From assembly GCA_963934295.1 (NCBI GenBank), contig CAWVXY010000004.1, forward strand, positions 56,049 through 120,048: a stretch of DNA of 64,000 bases, written 5' to 3'. The notes beneath the pieces were generated by a model. It saw nothing but the letters and a program-made list of their open reading frames with translations. It did no database searches and was not told the DNA's origin. The stretch comes from an uncultured Opitutia bacterium (lineage in GTDB: Bacteria; Verrucomicrobiota; Verrucomicrobiia; Opitutales; Seribacteraceae). Position numbers and translations under genes: made by a program. Below are positions 19,955-29,387 of the stretch, piece after piece; the first letter of the stretch is position 1, and every line of letters starts with the position of its first letter.

Positions 19955-22783
19955 ATGAAGAAAACTAGTCTTATTCTCCTATGCATTATAATCCCATTTT
20001 CCCTATCATTTGGTGAATACAGGCTCCCGGCTTTGGAAAAACCTATTGAGGATCCCTCAACAGGCCTGCATGTCCCTCCAGGGTTTAAAGTCGATCTTAT
20101 CTATGAAGTGGATATGAAAAAATTTGGTTCTTGGATTTCCATGGCCTTTGATAAAAAGGGTCGCTTAACCGTTTCAGACCAGCAAAAAGCAGGTACTTTC
20201 CTTGTGGAAATCCCCAAGCCAGGAGAAAAATTCGACGAAACCAAGATTAAGAAACTCAATGTTGAATCTTCCGTCTACGGTATGCTTTACGCCTTTGACC
20301 ATCTCTACATGATGGGAAATCGTAAATTGACTCGGGCCAAGGTTTTACCAGACGGTAGCCTTGGAGCGGTAGAATTTCTTGCCGAAATGGCCGGTGGTGG
20401 CGAGCATGGCCCTCACTCTATAATTGTTTCTCCCGATGGGAAAAGTATCTATGTCATCGCAGGAAACGCAACCAGACCACCAGAATTTCTCAATTCAAGA
20501 ATCCCCACAAATTGGAAAGATGATGTGCTTTTACAAAATTATGCCTATGGACATATGTCTCAGGGTAAAGCTCCCGGTGGATGGGTTATGAAAATGAGCC
20601 CGGATGGCAAAAATCGGGAAATAATAACTATGGGGTATAGAAACCCATGCGATTTTGCATTAAACCGGGATGGTGAACTTTTTGTCTATGATGCCGATAT
20701 GGAATGGGACATTGGTGCTCCTTGGTATCGACCAACACGAATTAATCATGGTATTTCTGGTGGAGATAGTGGATGGCGGGCAACCTCCAAAAAATGGCGT
20801 AGATACTTTCCCGATACGGTCGGTTCGGTGGTTGATATTGGCCCCGGATCCCCAACCGGTGTGATTGCAGGAACCAATACACATTTTCCCACCCATTATC
20901 GTGATGCCTTATTTATTTGTGATTGGACATTTGCCACCATGTATTCAGTCCACCTCAAGCCAAGCGGATCATCTTACATCGGAGAGAAAAGGGAATTTAT
21001 TTCGAATAATAATGGTTCACTTGCTCTAACTGATGTGGATATTGGCCCGGATGGGAATATGTATTTCTGTGTCGGTGGCCGTGGTGGGCAATCCCGCCTT
21101 TATCGAATTGCCTACACCGGAAACACTGCCACCAAATTATCCAAATTGGACACGACTAGCGAACACGCCAAAGCCCGAAAAACGCGGAAAATGATTGAAT
21201 CATTTCACGGACATGCCAACCCCAAGGCAGTGAAAGAAGTTTGGCCCCATCTGGGAAACAGGGATTATCATATTCGTTATGCTGCCCGGGTTGCTATGGA
21301 ATGGCAGAATCCAAAAACATGGGCAAGGAAAGCATACTCTGAGAAAAATGATTTAGCTGCGATTCATGCATTACTCGGTTTGGCCCGTAGTGATCTCGCT
21401 GACAGTATGAAACCCAGTATCGAACGTCTGCTTAAGGTGGATTTCAACAAGTTGGATAAGTCTGGCAAGCTGGCACTTTTGAGGACCTATTCAGTAATTA
21501 TGAGCCGTGGGGGAATGCCTACTGCCAACCATGTTAAAGCAGTTGGAGCTCAACTCGATTCCTTCTTCCCATCAAAAGATAACAACTTGAATGAAGAGCT
21601 TTGCCGAGTCTTGTGCCACCTGGATCATCCATCCGTGGTGCGTAAAACAATTGCATTAATGAAAACAACCAAGGCCCAAATTCCTGATTTCAACTCAGAA
21701 ATCATGAAGCGTAATAAAAATTATGGAGGTAAAATTCTGAGTACTATGGGTGCAGATGTGACTCCCAATGTTCTTAATATACACCTGCTCTTTTGTCTTA
21801 AGGATGTACAGGCTGGATGGACCATGAAGGATCGAAAATCCTACCTTGGCGAATTGCAAAATCTTATGACAAAAAAAGGCGGGAATATGTTTACTGGTTA
21901 CATTCAAAAAATCCGTGAATCAGCCATTGCATCCGTACCAGAGAAAGACCGTATTTCCCTGCAGTATCTTATGGGGGAAGTAAAAAGCGTCGATCTAGCC
22001 AAACTCCCAAGAGCCCAAGGTCCTGGAGTTGCTTGGACTGTGGATTCCGCCCTTACAGTTCTTAATCAAGAGCCCTTAGCTGGGCAAAACTACCTAAATG
22101 GTAAGAAAATGTTTTCGGCAGGTCTCTGTGTGGCATGCCACCGTTTTGGCAGCGAAGGAGGAGGCGTGGGACCGGACCTGACGAATCTCGCCAAAAGGAG
22201 CGACTATAAATCCATCCTCGAATCAACCATTCATCCAAATATGGTGGTCTCTGAACAATTCGAGCAGCATGAACTAAAGATGAAGGATGGTTCCATAGTT
22301 TTAGGTCGAGTGGTCGCAGAGGAAAACGGAGAGTATTCACTTGTTCAATCTGGTCTTGAACCCCTCAAATTAACAAAGGTTAAAAAAGCAAAAGTTTCAT
22401 CCAAGGAAGGTTCCAAATTATCGATGATGCCCGGCGGTCTAATTAATTCGATGAACGCGGAGGAACTTAAGGACTTGGTTGCTTATTTTGTCTCTGGAGG
22501 TGATCGGAAACATAAAGTTTTTCGCTCCTTAAAAAAGCTTCAAATCGAACTCATCAGTGCACTTTATGGAGAGGATGGAAATCCTAAACGCCAAATGGAT
22601 GTCCGAAAAGTAATACAAAAACAACTTGACGGCATGCTCTACGATTTTGCGATGAGCAACAAACTGGCAGGGAAAGATCCCGCAGGTGGCGTGGTGAAAG
22701 TACTCAATTTAAAATATAAACTAAACGGTAAAACCTACACCAAAAAAATAAGGGAAAATGCTATGATTTCCTTTATTGAGTAA
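19955..22783 (+). CDS. PVC-type beta-propeller dehydrogenase-like / HEAT / c-type heme-binding protein (paralog 2, tandem duplicate)
   Basis: Collinear with paralog 1 over its full length. Heme motif CVACH at 22127-22141. Signal peptide MKKTSLILLCIIIPFSLSFG. Confidence 0.75.
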   Translation: MKKTSLILLCIIIPFSLSFGEYRLPALEKPIEDPSTGLHVPPGFKVDLIYEVDMKKFGSWISMAFDKKGRLTVSDQQKAGTFLVEIPKPGEKFDETKIKKLNVESSVYGMLYAFDHLYMMGNRKLTRAKVLPDGSLGAVEFLAEMAGGGEHGPHSIIVSPDGKSIYVIAGNATRPPEFLNSRIPTNWKDDVLLQNYAYGHMSQGKAPGGWVMKMSPDGKNREIITMGYRNPCDFALNRDGELFVYDADMEWDIGAPWYRPTRINHGISGGDSGWRATSKKWRRYFPDTVGSVVDIGPGSPTGVIAGTNTHFPTHYRDALFICDWTFATMYSVHLKPSGSSYIGEKREFISNNNGSLALTDVDIGPDGNMYFCVGGRGGQSRLYRIAYTGNTATKLSKLDTTSEHAKARKTRKMIESFHGHANPKAVKEVWPHLGNRDYHIRYAARVAMEWQNPKTWARKAYSEKNDLAAIHALLGLARSDLADSMKPSIERLLKVDFNKLDKSGKLALLRTYSVIMSRGGMPTANHVKAVGAQLDSFFPSKDNNLNEELCRVLCHLDHPSVVRKTIALMKTTKAQIPDFNSEIMKRNKNYGGKILSTMGADVTPNVLNIHLLFCLKDVQAGWTMKDRKSYLGELQNLMTKKGGNMFTGYIQKIRESAIASVPEKDRISLQYLMGEVKSVDLAKLPRAQGPGVAWTVDSALTVLNQEPLAGQNYLNGKKMFSAGLCVACHRFGSEGGGVGPDLTNLAKRSDYKSILESTIHPNMVVSEQFEQHELKMKDGSIVLGRVVAEENGEYSLVQSGLEPLKLTKVKKAKVSSKEGSKLSMMPGGLINSMNAEELKDLVAYFVSGGDRKHKVFRSLKKLQIELISALYGEDGNPKRQMDVRKVIQKQLDGMLYDFAMSNKLAGKDPAGGVVKVLNLKYKLNGKTYTKKIRENAMISFIE

Positions 22784-22879
22784 ATTCGAGAATATAAATA
22801 AAAAACCCTTCACTTACTGAATGCCTGAAAACGAAAAGGATTGATTTTAAAATAAGTATTTATCTATTTTTGGAATCAA

Positions 22880-24412
22880 TCAAATTGGTTTCAAAAATCG
22901 TTGGTAAGCCACATTATCCGTTTCATCAAAATAATCATAACCTGTATTCACCAGGAAACTCCTGAACAATTCCATGCCCTGTTCTGGTACTTGCATACCG
23001 ACAAGAACCCGGCCAAAAGCAGAGCCATGGTTTCGGTAGTGAAAGAGAGAAATATTCCAGATTGGGTCCATATGCATGAGAAATTCCAGGAGTGCACCCG
23101 GTCTTTCCGGGAATTGAAACCGGTACAATCTTTCATTTTCAACCACCGATGAACCCCGCCCTCCGACCATATGACGCACATGTAATTTTGCGGCATCATT
23201 ATCACTCATGTCCTCCACCGCATAACCCCGGCTTTCGAGCCGTTTAATCAGTTCAGTACGGTTGGAGCCACCTTGCGGTAAGCCAACCCCCACAAAAACC
23301 TGGGCGTTTTTAACCTTGGCATAACGATAATTGAACTCGGTAACCATTAAGTTCCCTAATGATTTACAAAATTGAAGGAACGAACCTGGTGTTTCAGGAA
23401 TTTCTACTGATAACAGCATTTCCCGGTTTGCCCCAATCTCGGTGCGTTCTGCAATATGCTGCAAACGGTCGAAGTTCATATTTGCACCACAATTAACCAC
23501 TACAAATCTTTTATTTTCTATCGTGTGCGACTGAAGATATTTTTTTAATCCGGCAACTCCGAGAGCCCCTGCGGGCTCCTGAATGGTTCGGTTCTCATCG
23601 TAAATATCTTTGATTGCGGCACAGATTTCATCTATTGAGACCGTGATTACCTCATCAACCTTCTCTTTGATTAATTCAAAAGGTAATTTTCCAACTTGTT
23701 TTACGGCAACTCCGTCTGCAAAAATTCCCACACTGTCCAAAATCACGCGTTTTCCCGCTTTCATTGCCGCAGATAAACAAGCAGACTCTTCAGATTCTAT
23801 CCCGATCACCTTAATTTTTGGATGCAAACTCTTGATATAAGTTAGGATTCCTGCAAGAAGTCCCCCACCACCCACTGCTACAAATATCGCATCAATCGTG
23901 TCTCCTAATTGAGAAATAATTTCCTTGGCAATGGTACCCTGCCCGGCAATGACTTCGGCATCATCGAAAGGATGAATAAAGACGTAGCCGTCTTGCTTCG
24001 CCAGCTTGTGGGAAAGCTTCAAGGCATCATCGTAACTATCTCCATGGAGAATGACCTCCGCTCCCTGAATCTTTACTGCATTTACTTTAATTTCCGGGGT
24101 TGTCACTGGCATAACGATGAGTGATTTTATGCCGAGCTTTTTCGCCCCTAATGCGACTCCTTGTGCATGATTACCGGCCGATGCTGTGATCACTCCCTGC
24201 TTTTTTTGATTATCAGAAAGTAAATTCAGTTTGTGATAGGCCCCCCTTAATTTAAATGAAAATACAGGCTGTAAGTCTTCCCGCTTGAAATAGATTTCAT
24301 TGGCTAAACGGGCAGACAGTCCGTCTGCCCGGTCGATCGGACTGCAGATGGCCAATTCATAAATATCTGACGATTCGATACCGTTGAGAATATGTCTCTT
24401 CAAGTCATTCAT
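22880..24412 (-). CDS. ilvA: Threonine ammonia-lyase, biosynthetic (threonine dehydratase)
   Basis: PLP-lysine block QPVFSFKLRGAY and glycine-rich loop VGGGGL. The length (~510 aa) includes two C-terminal ACT-like regulatory repeats, which is typical of IlvA. Confidence 0.9.
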   Translation of the reverse strand: MNDLKRHILNGIESSDIYELAICSPIDRADGLSARLANEIYFKREDLQPVFSFKLRGAYHKLNLLSDNQKKQGVITASAGNHAQGVALGAKKLGIKSLIVMPVTTPEIKVNAVKIQGAEVILHGDSYDDALKLSHKLAKQDGYVFIHPFDDAEVIAGQGTIAKEIISQLGDTIDAIFVAVGGGGLLAGILTYIKSLHPKIKVIGIESEESACLSAAMKAGKRVILDSVGIFADGVAVKQVGKLPFELIKEKVDEVITVSIDEICAAIKDIYDENRTIQEPAGALGVAGLKKYLQSHTIENKRFVVVNCGANMNFDRLQHIAERTEIGANREMLLSVEIPETPGSFLQFCKSLGNLMVTEFNYRYAKVKNAQVFVGVGLPQGGSNRTELIKRLESRGYAVEDMSDNDAAKLHVRHMVGGRGSSVVENERLYRFQFPERPGALLEFLMHMDPIWNISLFHYRNHGSAFGRVLVGMQVPEQGMELFRSFLVNTGYDYFDETDNVAYQRFLKPI

Positions 24413-24624
24413 ATGTAAGCCGATATGAGACTTATATTTTGTCTTTTACAATTTCGCATTGGCTTCACAATCGTTAATAAATGGCTGATTAAATTAGTAT
24501 TCGCAACATCGAACACGATGATAAACCTTTGAAATTTATCGAATGAAAACTAATTTTCGTTTGCTATTATAGATTGAATTTAAACGAAGTACTTTACTAA
24601 AAGTTGAAGAAATCGAAGAAAAAG

Positions 24625-25740
24625 TTATTTTGCATCCTTAGCACAGCGAAACCCAGTATGGTTGGTGGGAGAAAGAGATTCGGAATGGTTTCGGGCGGCA
24701 GGTCGGTAACGTAAACAATAATCCCAGTGACAAAGAAATGACCCTCCTCTCGCAACATTTAGATTCATCAGTTCATTATGATCCTCCGTGGGTAACGGAC
24801 AGGTTCCAGTACGACGAAATTGCTCAAGCTCAATTTGGGTAATGGGAGAAGCAGGCCCAGTGGGGTTGGGATGTGGATTCTCCATGAATTCACTGTAATA
24901 GGAAGGATGGAAAAAATCACTGCAAATTTCCCACACATTTCCTGCAATATCGTATAATCCATACCCATTGGGGGGGTAAGACCCGACTGGTGATGTCGAA
25001 TGGAATCCGTCTTGTGCAGAATTTTCCGCAGGAAAAATACCTTGAAAGCAATTCGCCATCCATCTTCCCTGGGGTCTCGGCTCATTACCCCAAGCATACA
25101 TGGAATCCTTCAGGCCACCACGCGCCGCTAATTCCCATTCTGCCTCAGTAGGTAGACGTTTACCGGCCCATTTGGCATAAGCGTTCGCATCGTCTATGTT
25201 TACACAAACCACCGGATGATCCATACGGGCCTTAATTGATGAATTCCTGCCCTCCGGACTTTTCCAGCAAGCCCCTTTTCGGTAAGACCACCAGGTCCAT
25301 GGATCGTTGGTTGACCGTGGGTTAATATTCTCAAGTGGTGGAGCGAAAACAGTAGCACCCGGTAACAACTGTTCCTTGGGGGCAGCCGGGAACATCTCTT
25401 TACTAAGTGGCTTCTCGGCAAATGTGATGTATCCGGTAGCATCCACGAACTCTTTAAACTGGGCATTGGTGACCTCATATTTATCGATCCAAAAACTTGA
25501 TACCTCCACTTCATGAACCGGTCCTTCCTCCGGGTATATCTCTCCGTTCCCAGCGGGTTTATTATTCCCCATCGAAAAGCTTTGACCCTCAATCAATACC
25601 ATTTCATTGAAAGAATTTATGCTTGTTTTACTCGCGGAAGATGTTTCCTGGTCCCGCGTGCAGGATACCCCAAAAAACGAACAGATAAAAATACCAATTA
25701 GATTTGTTTTATAAAATTTTCCGGTTTGAAAATTCACCAT
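24625..25740 (-). CDS. Formylglycine-generating enzyme (SUMF1/FGE family), probable lipoprotein
   Basis: RLPTEAEWELAARGG and GGSFLCHWDYCLRYRPAARN are hallmark FGE blocks. I chose the ATG at 25740 (MVNFQTGKFYKTNLIGIFICSFFGVSC, lipobox-like). The ORF track uses a TTG at 25794. Confidence 0.85.
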   Translation of the reverse strand: MVNFQTGKFYKTNLIGIFICSFFGVSCTRDQETSSASKTSINSFNEMVLIEGQSFSMGNNKPAGNGEIYPEEGPVHEVEVSSFWIDKYEVTNAQFKEFVDATGYITFAEKPLSKEMFPAAPKEQLLPGATVFAPPLENINPRSTNDPWTWWSYRKGACWKSPEGRNSSIKARMDHPVVCVNIDDANAYAKWAGKRLPTEAEWELAARGGLKDSMYAWGNEPRPQGRWMANCFQGIFPAENSAQDGFHSTSPVGSYPPNGYGLYDIAGNVWEICSDFFHPSYYSEFMENPHPNPTGPASPITQIELEQFRRTGTCPLPTEDHNELMNLNVARGGSFLCHWDYCLRYRPAARNHSESLSPTNHTGFRCAKDAK

Positions 25741-26172
25741 ATAATTTATACTGCTCAGATTTTTAGAACTCTCAAACTCTAAACCGAGTTTCAAGAAACT
25801 ATCTCTTCACATAATTCGAAGAGTCAGATTTACTTATTGGAGATTGAGCTGCTCAAAAAAATCTTCTTTGTAATTACAAATCTGGATTTTTTCCTACCGT
25901 CTCACCAATCATTACAAAGTGAAACTCAGCTCTAAAATTTTACGAATAGATGAATGCGGTTCAGGGACTTCAAGACTACATACTCCCTTGATTTTGGTTT
26001 TGCATTAGCAGATCACTTTGGAAAATCTTATAAATAATGCACCTAAATGGGCTTTAAAAAAATGACGGCCCAATATAAATATCTCCCCAGTTTTGTTTCT
26101 TTACTATCCCGCCCATCAATTCTGCCTCGATCTAAGATATATTCCATCTAGGGGGAATGACCGGAATGACCA

Positions 26173-26442
26173 TTAAGTTCGTCTTAGCTTGATATACAGT
26201 AGGAGAAAAAAAATCAGGCTCGCAGCAAGACCAATCAATGGAGTTTCAATACCGCTTACAAATCGCTCTTCCCAAACCATTTTCGTTTGCGTTCCAAGCT
26301 CCGGCATACCCTCAATAATAGGGATTTCAATTTCGCTTTCCACACTGGTCTGCCAAAAGGCAATCCGGCATCCGTCTTCGATCCACAAATAAAAAGACAA
26401 TGCTGCAGGGATAAAGCAAAATAAAATAAGAACACTTTTCAT
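26173..26442 (-). CDS. Small hypothetical membrane protein (two hydrophobic helices)
   Basis: 89-aa ORF with an ATG start and N- and C-terminal hydrophobic segments. No recognisable motif, so it may not be a real gene. Confidence 0.3.
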   Translation of the reverse strand: MKSVLILFCFIPAALSFYLWIEDGCRIAFWQTSVESEIEIPIIEGMPELGTQTKMVWEERFVSGIETPLIGLAASLIFFLLLYIKLRRT

Positions 26443-26582
26443 TTTAAAGTTTAGATAATATTAAATGCAGGAGCAGAAATCTAAAATCTTCAATTTTAAT
26501 TACTGCATCTGTACTCAGCAAAAAAATACTAATAACCATGCGTAAGTCATGAATAAAACAGATATAGTAATATAAACCACGG

Positions 26583-26618
26583 AAAAAAAACGCACTTATC
26601 CTAGAATAAGTGCGTTTT
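26583..26618 (-). terminator. Rho-independent terminator of the SWIB gene
   Basis: An 11-bp perfect stem (26589-26599 AACGCACTTAT / 26606-26616 ATAAGTGCGTT) with a 6-nt loop. On the minus strand it is followed by a run of 8 U (plus-strand A8 at 26583-26590). It lies ~45 nt after the stop at 26660. A second short hairpin (CTCGAT-TGAA-ATCGAG, 26625-26640) sits between the stop and the terminator. Confidence 0.8.
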
Positions 26619-26659
26619 CCTTCACTCGATTGAAATCGAGTAAATTATTTAAAATATAT

Positions 26660-26986
26660 TTATTCAATATTGGCTCCAACCACCGATGCCATTTGCATCA
26701 TATTAATGGTTTCACCCTCTTTCAAATTTCTTAAATCCGTTACCTTGCCAGACTTACTGGTTGCATTTGTATTCTTAAATACTGTGAGAAGCTTAGCGTC
26801 GGCAACAATGAACTTTCCTGCATTTTCTGGTTGTCCGTTCTCTGTCTTCGTTTGAAGTTTATTCGATTTAATATATTCCCAAAGTTTTTGGGTAATTTCA
26901 GTCCTAGGAAGTTCAGTCGCTCCTAAAAATGCTGCTAGATCACTCTTTAATTTAACTGGTTTACTCAATCCTTTTGCTTCTGCCAT
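26660..26986 (-). CDS. SWIB/MDM2 domain protein
   Basis: SDLAAFLGATELPRTEITQKLWEYIKSNKLQ...FIVADAKLLTVF matches the SWIB-domain consensus (L..flG....sR.e....lW.YIK...LQ...i..D..L..lf). ATG start, strong terminator, and a 406-bp AT-rich upstream region. Confidence 0.75.
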   Translation of the reverse strand: MAEAKGLSKPVKLKSDLAAFLGATELPRTEITQKLWEYIKSNKLQTKTENGQPENAGKFIVADAKLLTVFKNTNATSKSGKVTDLRNLKEGETINMMQMASVVGANIE

Positions 26987-27392
26987 TTTGATTCCTTATT
27001 TGTTATAATTGTTTTGTAGTTAAAATCTAGATGTCTAAATAAAATGTACATCCAATGCACGAATACTGATCTCTTTTAGTACAAAGACAATCTAATTTAA
27101 GTCATTGTGAACAACTAAAAACAAGCCTAATATTCTGAACTGATAATCTTTGTTTACAAAAGCTTAGGGTAATCCCAAAGGAAACACCCCAAACCATCAT
27201 GAGCAAATAACTCACTCAACATAAAAAAGCGGAAACATAGGAATTCAGTCTCAGTCTTTAATCGACCTATATAATTAATTCGATTCGAGACTAATTAATT
27301 TAAAAAATACAGTTCATGCATGGTTTTTCTGAACGATAAAATCTTTTACTTCAAGCAATCAAAATTAATATATATTGTTTTTACAAATTCCT

Positions 27393-27875
27393 TTACCTGG
27401 GCCGGTTAAGTTGAAATTTAGATAAAACCTTCCGCCAGTTCGCATATACATAGTAAGTCGTGCTCTTTCCTTCTCTGATCAGTTTCGCTTCCGAGCAAGT
27501 ATAACAGATCATCAAATATTTTTTTGCTCCTTCTGAGTTCCACATAATCGCATAGTCGGGATGAAATGGTCCGCAATCCTTTGGTGGCTCACTGGATCCG
27601 GGCATGTGAAAACAACTCTCGTCCAAAAGCAAGTTCATTAAATCACCATGGCTTTCTCCGCTTGCCTTGACCTTAGGGTGGTAAAACCAATGACCATCAA
27701 TTTCCAAGACATCTTTCCTATTCTTTTCCTTCTCAAAATATGAATTTTCGCGAATAGGATGTGGTAAACCCTCATACACAAAAAGTTCGTCGGTCTTTTG
27801 GAGGGATCGGAAAACCGATTCCTGACAACTTGTAAAAAAAGAAAGAATTAAGACAGGCAGAATTAAAACTTTCAT
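27393..27875 (-). CDS. Hypothetical lipoprotein (Cys-containing, no recognised family)
   Basis: Signal peptide plus lipobox-like FFTSC. It is the last gene of a same-strand cluster, 22 nt after the DUF1080 gene. Confidence 0.4.
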   Translation of the reverse strand: MKVLILPVLILSFFTSCQESVFRSLQKTDELFVYEGLPHPIRENSYFEKEKNRKDVLEIDGHWFYHPKVKASGESHGDLMNLLLDESCFHMPGSSEPPKDCGPFHPDYAIMWNSEGAKKYLMICYTCSEAKLIREGKSTTYYVYANWRKVLSKFQLNRPR

Positions 27876-27897
27876 ATGCTTCTGAGAAACTGGCTTT

Positions 27898-28530
27898 CTA
27901 GTTCAAAGGCGTGACATTAATGTTTCGAAACCAAACGGGTTGCCCATGATATTGTAGTCCAAGATGACCAGTTCGTGGAAGGTCCTTTAATGCAGTCTTA
28001 AACTTATTTCTGGAACCGTCTGGGTTTTTATTGGGTTCTTTCCAGTCATCAATTTTAATATCAATTACTTTTTTCCCATTCACTTTTGCCATAACACTGG
28101 GTCCCTTGCATGTCAGCTCCATTTTATTCCATTCCCCATCGGGTTTACCAGCGGCAACAATTGGTTCTTTTGCATCGTAAAGAGATCCAACAATGTGTTT
28201 CCCACTGTATAAACCGGGAGATGCAATCTGAATTTCAAATCCACCCTGTACCGCGTTCTTAGGATCTGTGCGGAAAAACAATCCACTGTTCGCTTTTTCC
28301 GAAGTCTTATATTCCAGGGAAATGGTAAAGTCGCTAAATTTACCCTTTGACCAAATTATCCCACCCGGTGTTTCGGAGGGAGTAAGCATCCCATTTTTAA
28401 GAGTCCAATTTTTATTCAGACTAATCTGCTTGGGAGATAATAAATTAATTGCTTTGCCACCGAAAAGTGAAAAACTAGATAAACCTAAAAATAGAATGAT
28501 AGGTAAAAAGAGTAATTTTTGTTTTTTCAT
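27898..28530 (-). CDS. DUF1080 (3-keto-disaccharide hydrolase family, PF06439-like) protein, secreted
   Basis: NWTLKNGML...GKFSDFTISLEYKTSEKANSGLFFRT and the C-terminal GHLGLQYHGQPVWFRNINV are the characteristic DUF1080 blocks. Signal peptide present. Confidence 0.75.
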   Translation of the reverse strand: MKKQKLLFLPIILFLGLSSFSLFGGKAINLLSPKQISLNKNWTLKNGMLTPSETPGGIIWSKGKFSDFTISLEYKTSEKANSGLFFRTDPKNAVQGGFEIQIASPGLYSGKHIVGSLYDAKEPIVAAGKPDGEWNKMELTCKGPSVMAKVNGKKVIDIKIDDWKEPNKNPDGSRNKFKTALKDLPRTGHLGLQYHGQPVWFRNINVTPLN

Positions 28531-28604
28531 AAGTATTTTATTAAATGTATAATCTAGTTAATTGTCTATAAACATATCAAAATCTATCCAAAATCATATT
28601 CCTC

Positions 28605-29375
28605 TTATTTAGTCGAATGCTGAATTATAAATTCAATCAATTCCTTTGATTTAAAAAAATCGTCGCCCACTTGGTGCCCCTTTCCCGGCACAACCTTTAC
28701 TTCAGCTTCTCCGCCTAACTTCGTATATCGATTGATGACAATCTCAGTATTCTCTGCAAGTGGAACGATCCGATCGGAATCACCATGTACCATAAACAAA
28801 GGCACTTTTGCTTGAGCTAACCCTTCTAGTTGATGGATCGGGTTATGAGGATCAACCGATTTTAAAAAGGTATCTTGATCCATTTCAAAATCGGCTAAAG
28901 TGGAGCTTAAATTTCGGATCATCGGCCAACTCCTCAAATTCAGTACCGGATAAATTCCTGCAAAGGCTTTTACCTTTTTTGGATTCTTGACTGCCCAACT
29001 TAGCATCATAAGCCCACCTCGGCTTTGTCCAAGCAATATGGGTTTCTTTGAATATCCACGATCGACCATTTCATTATAGAATTTTGTAAAGCGGTCTACG
29101 CTTTTGGGCGACCCGCGAACTTCTCCCTGGTCACAACCGGCAAAACTAATTCCCTTTTCAAGAAGTTTATCGATATACCAGCCGTGCGACGGATCGGGGT
29201 GACGAGGTAAAGTGGGGGCATACCACACCCAGGGTTTATTTTGTCTGCTAGAATTAGCATCCAGTACGAAACATTTTGAGGAACCAACCAAAAATTCCAC
29301 TGGCTCATATTCAAGGCGATGCCCATATGTAAGGAAAGAGGAAAAAGAAAAAACGAGTAAGCAAATGAATTTCAT
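28605..29375 (-). CDS. Secreted alpha/beta hydrolase (dienelactone hydrolase / prolyl-oligopeptidase-like esterase)
   Basis: Nucleophile elbow GQSRGG, a later VHGDSDRIVP block, and a GKGH histidine block near the C-terminus. Confidence 0.65.
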   Translation of the reverse strand: MKFICLLVFSFSSFLTYGHRLEYEPVEFLVGSSKCFVLDANSSRQNKPWVWYAPTLPRHPDPSHGWYIDKLLEKGISFAGCDQGEVRGSPKSVDRFTKFYNEMVDRGYSKKPILLGQSRGGLMMLSWAVKNPKKVKAFAGIYPVLNLRSWPMIRNLSSTLADFEMDQDTFLKSVDPHNPIHQLEGLAQAKVPLFMVHGDSDRIVPLAENTEIVINRYTKLGGEAEVKVVPGKGHQVGDDFFKSKELIEFIIQHSTK

Positions 29376-29387
29376 TATTTAACCCTC

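Noticed and set aside
24625-25794. The FGE-fold (C-type-lectin-like) protein as a possible diversity-generating-retroelement variable protein
   Set aside because: No reverse transcriptase exists anywhere in the window. The 212-bp region downstream is AT-rich and unlike the gene's 3' end, so there is no template repeat. The C-terminus carries the canonical catalytic FGE motif rather than a hypervariable stretch.
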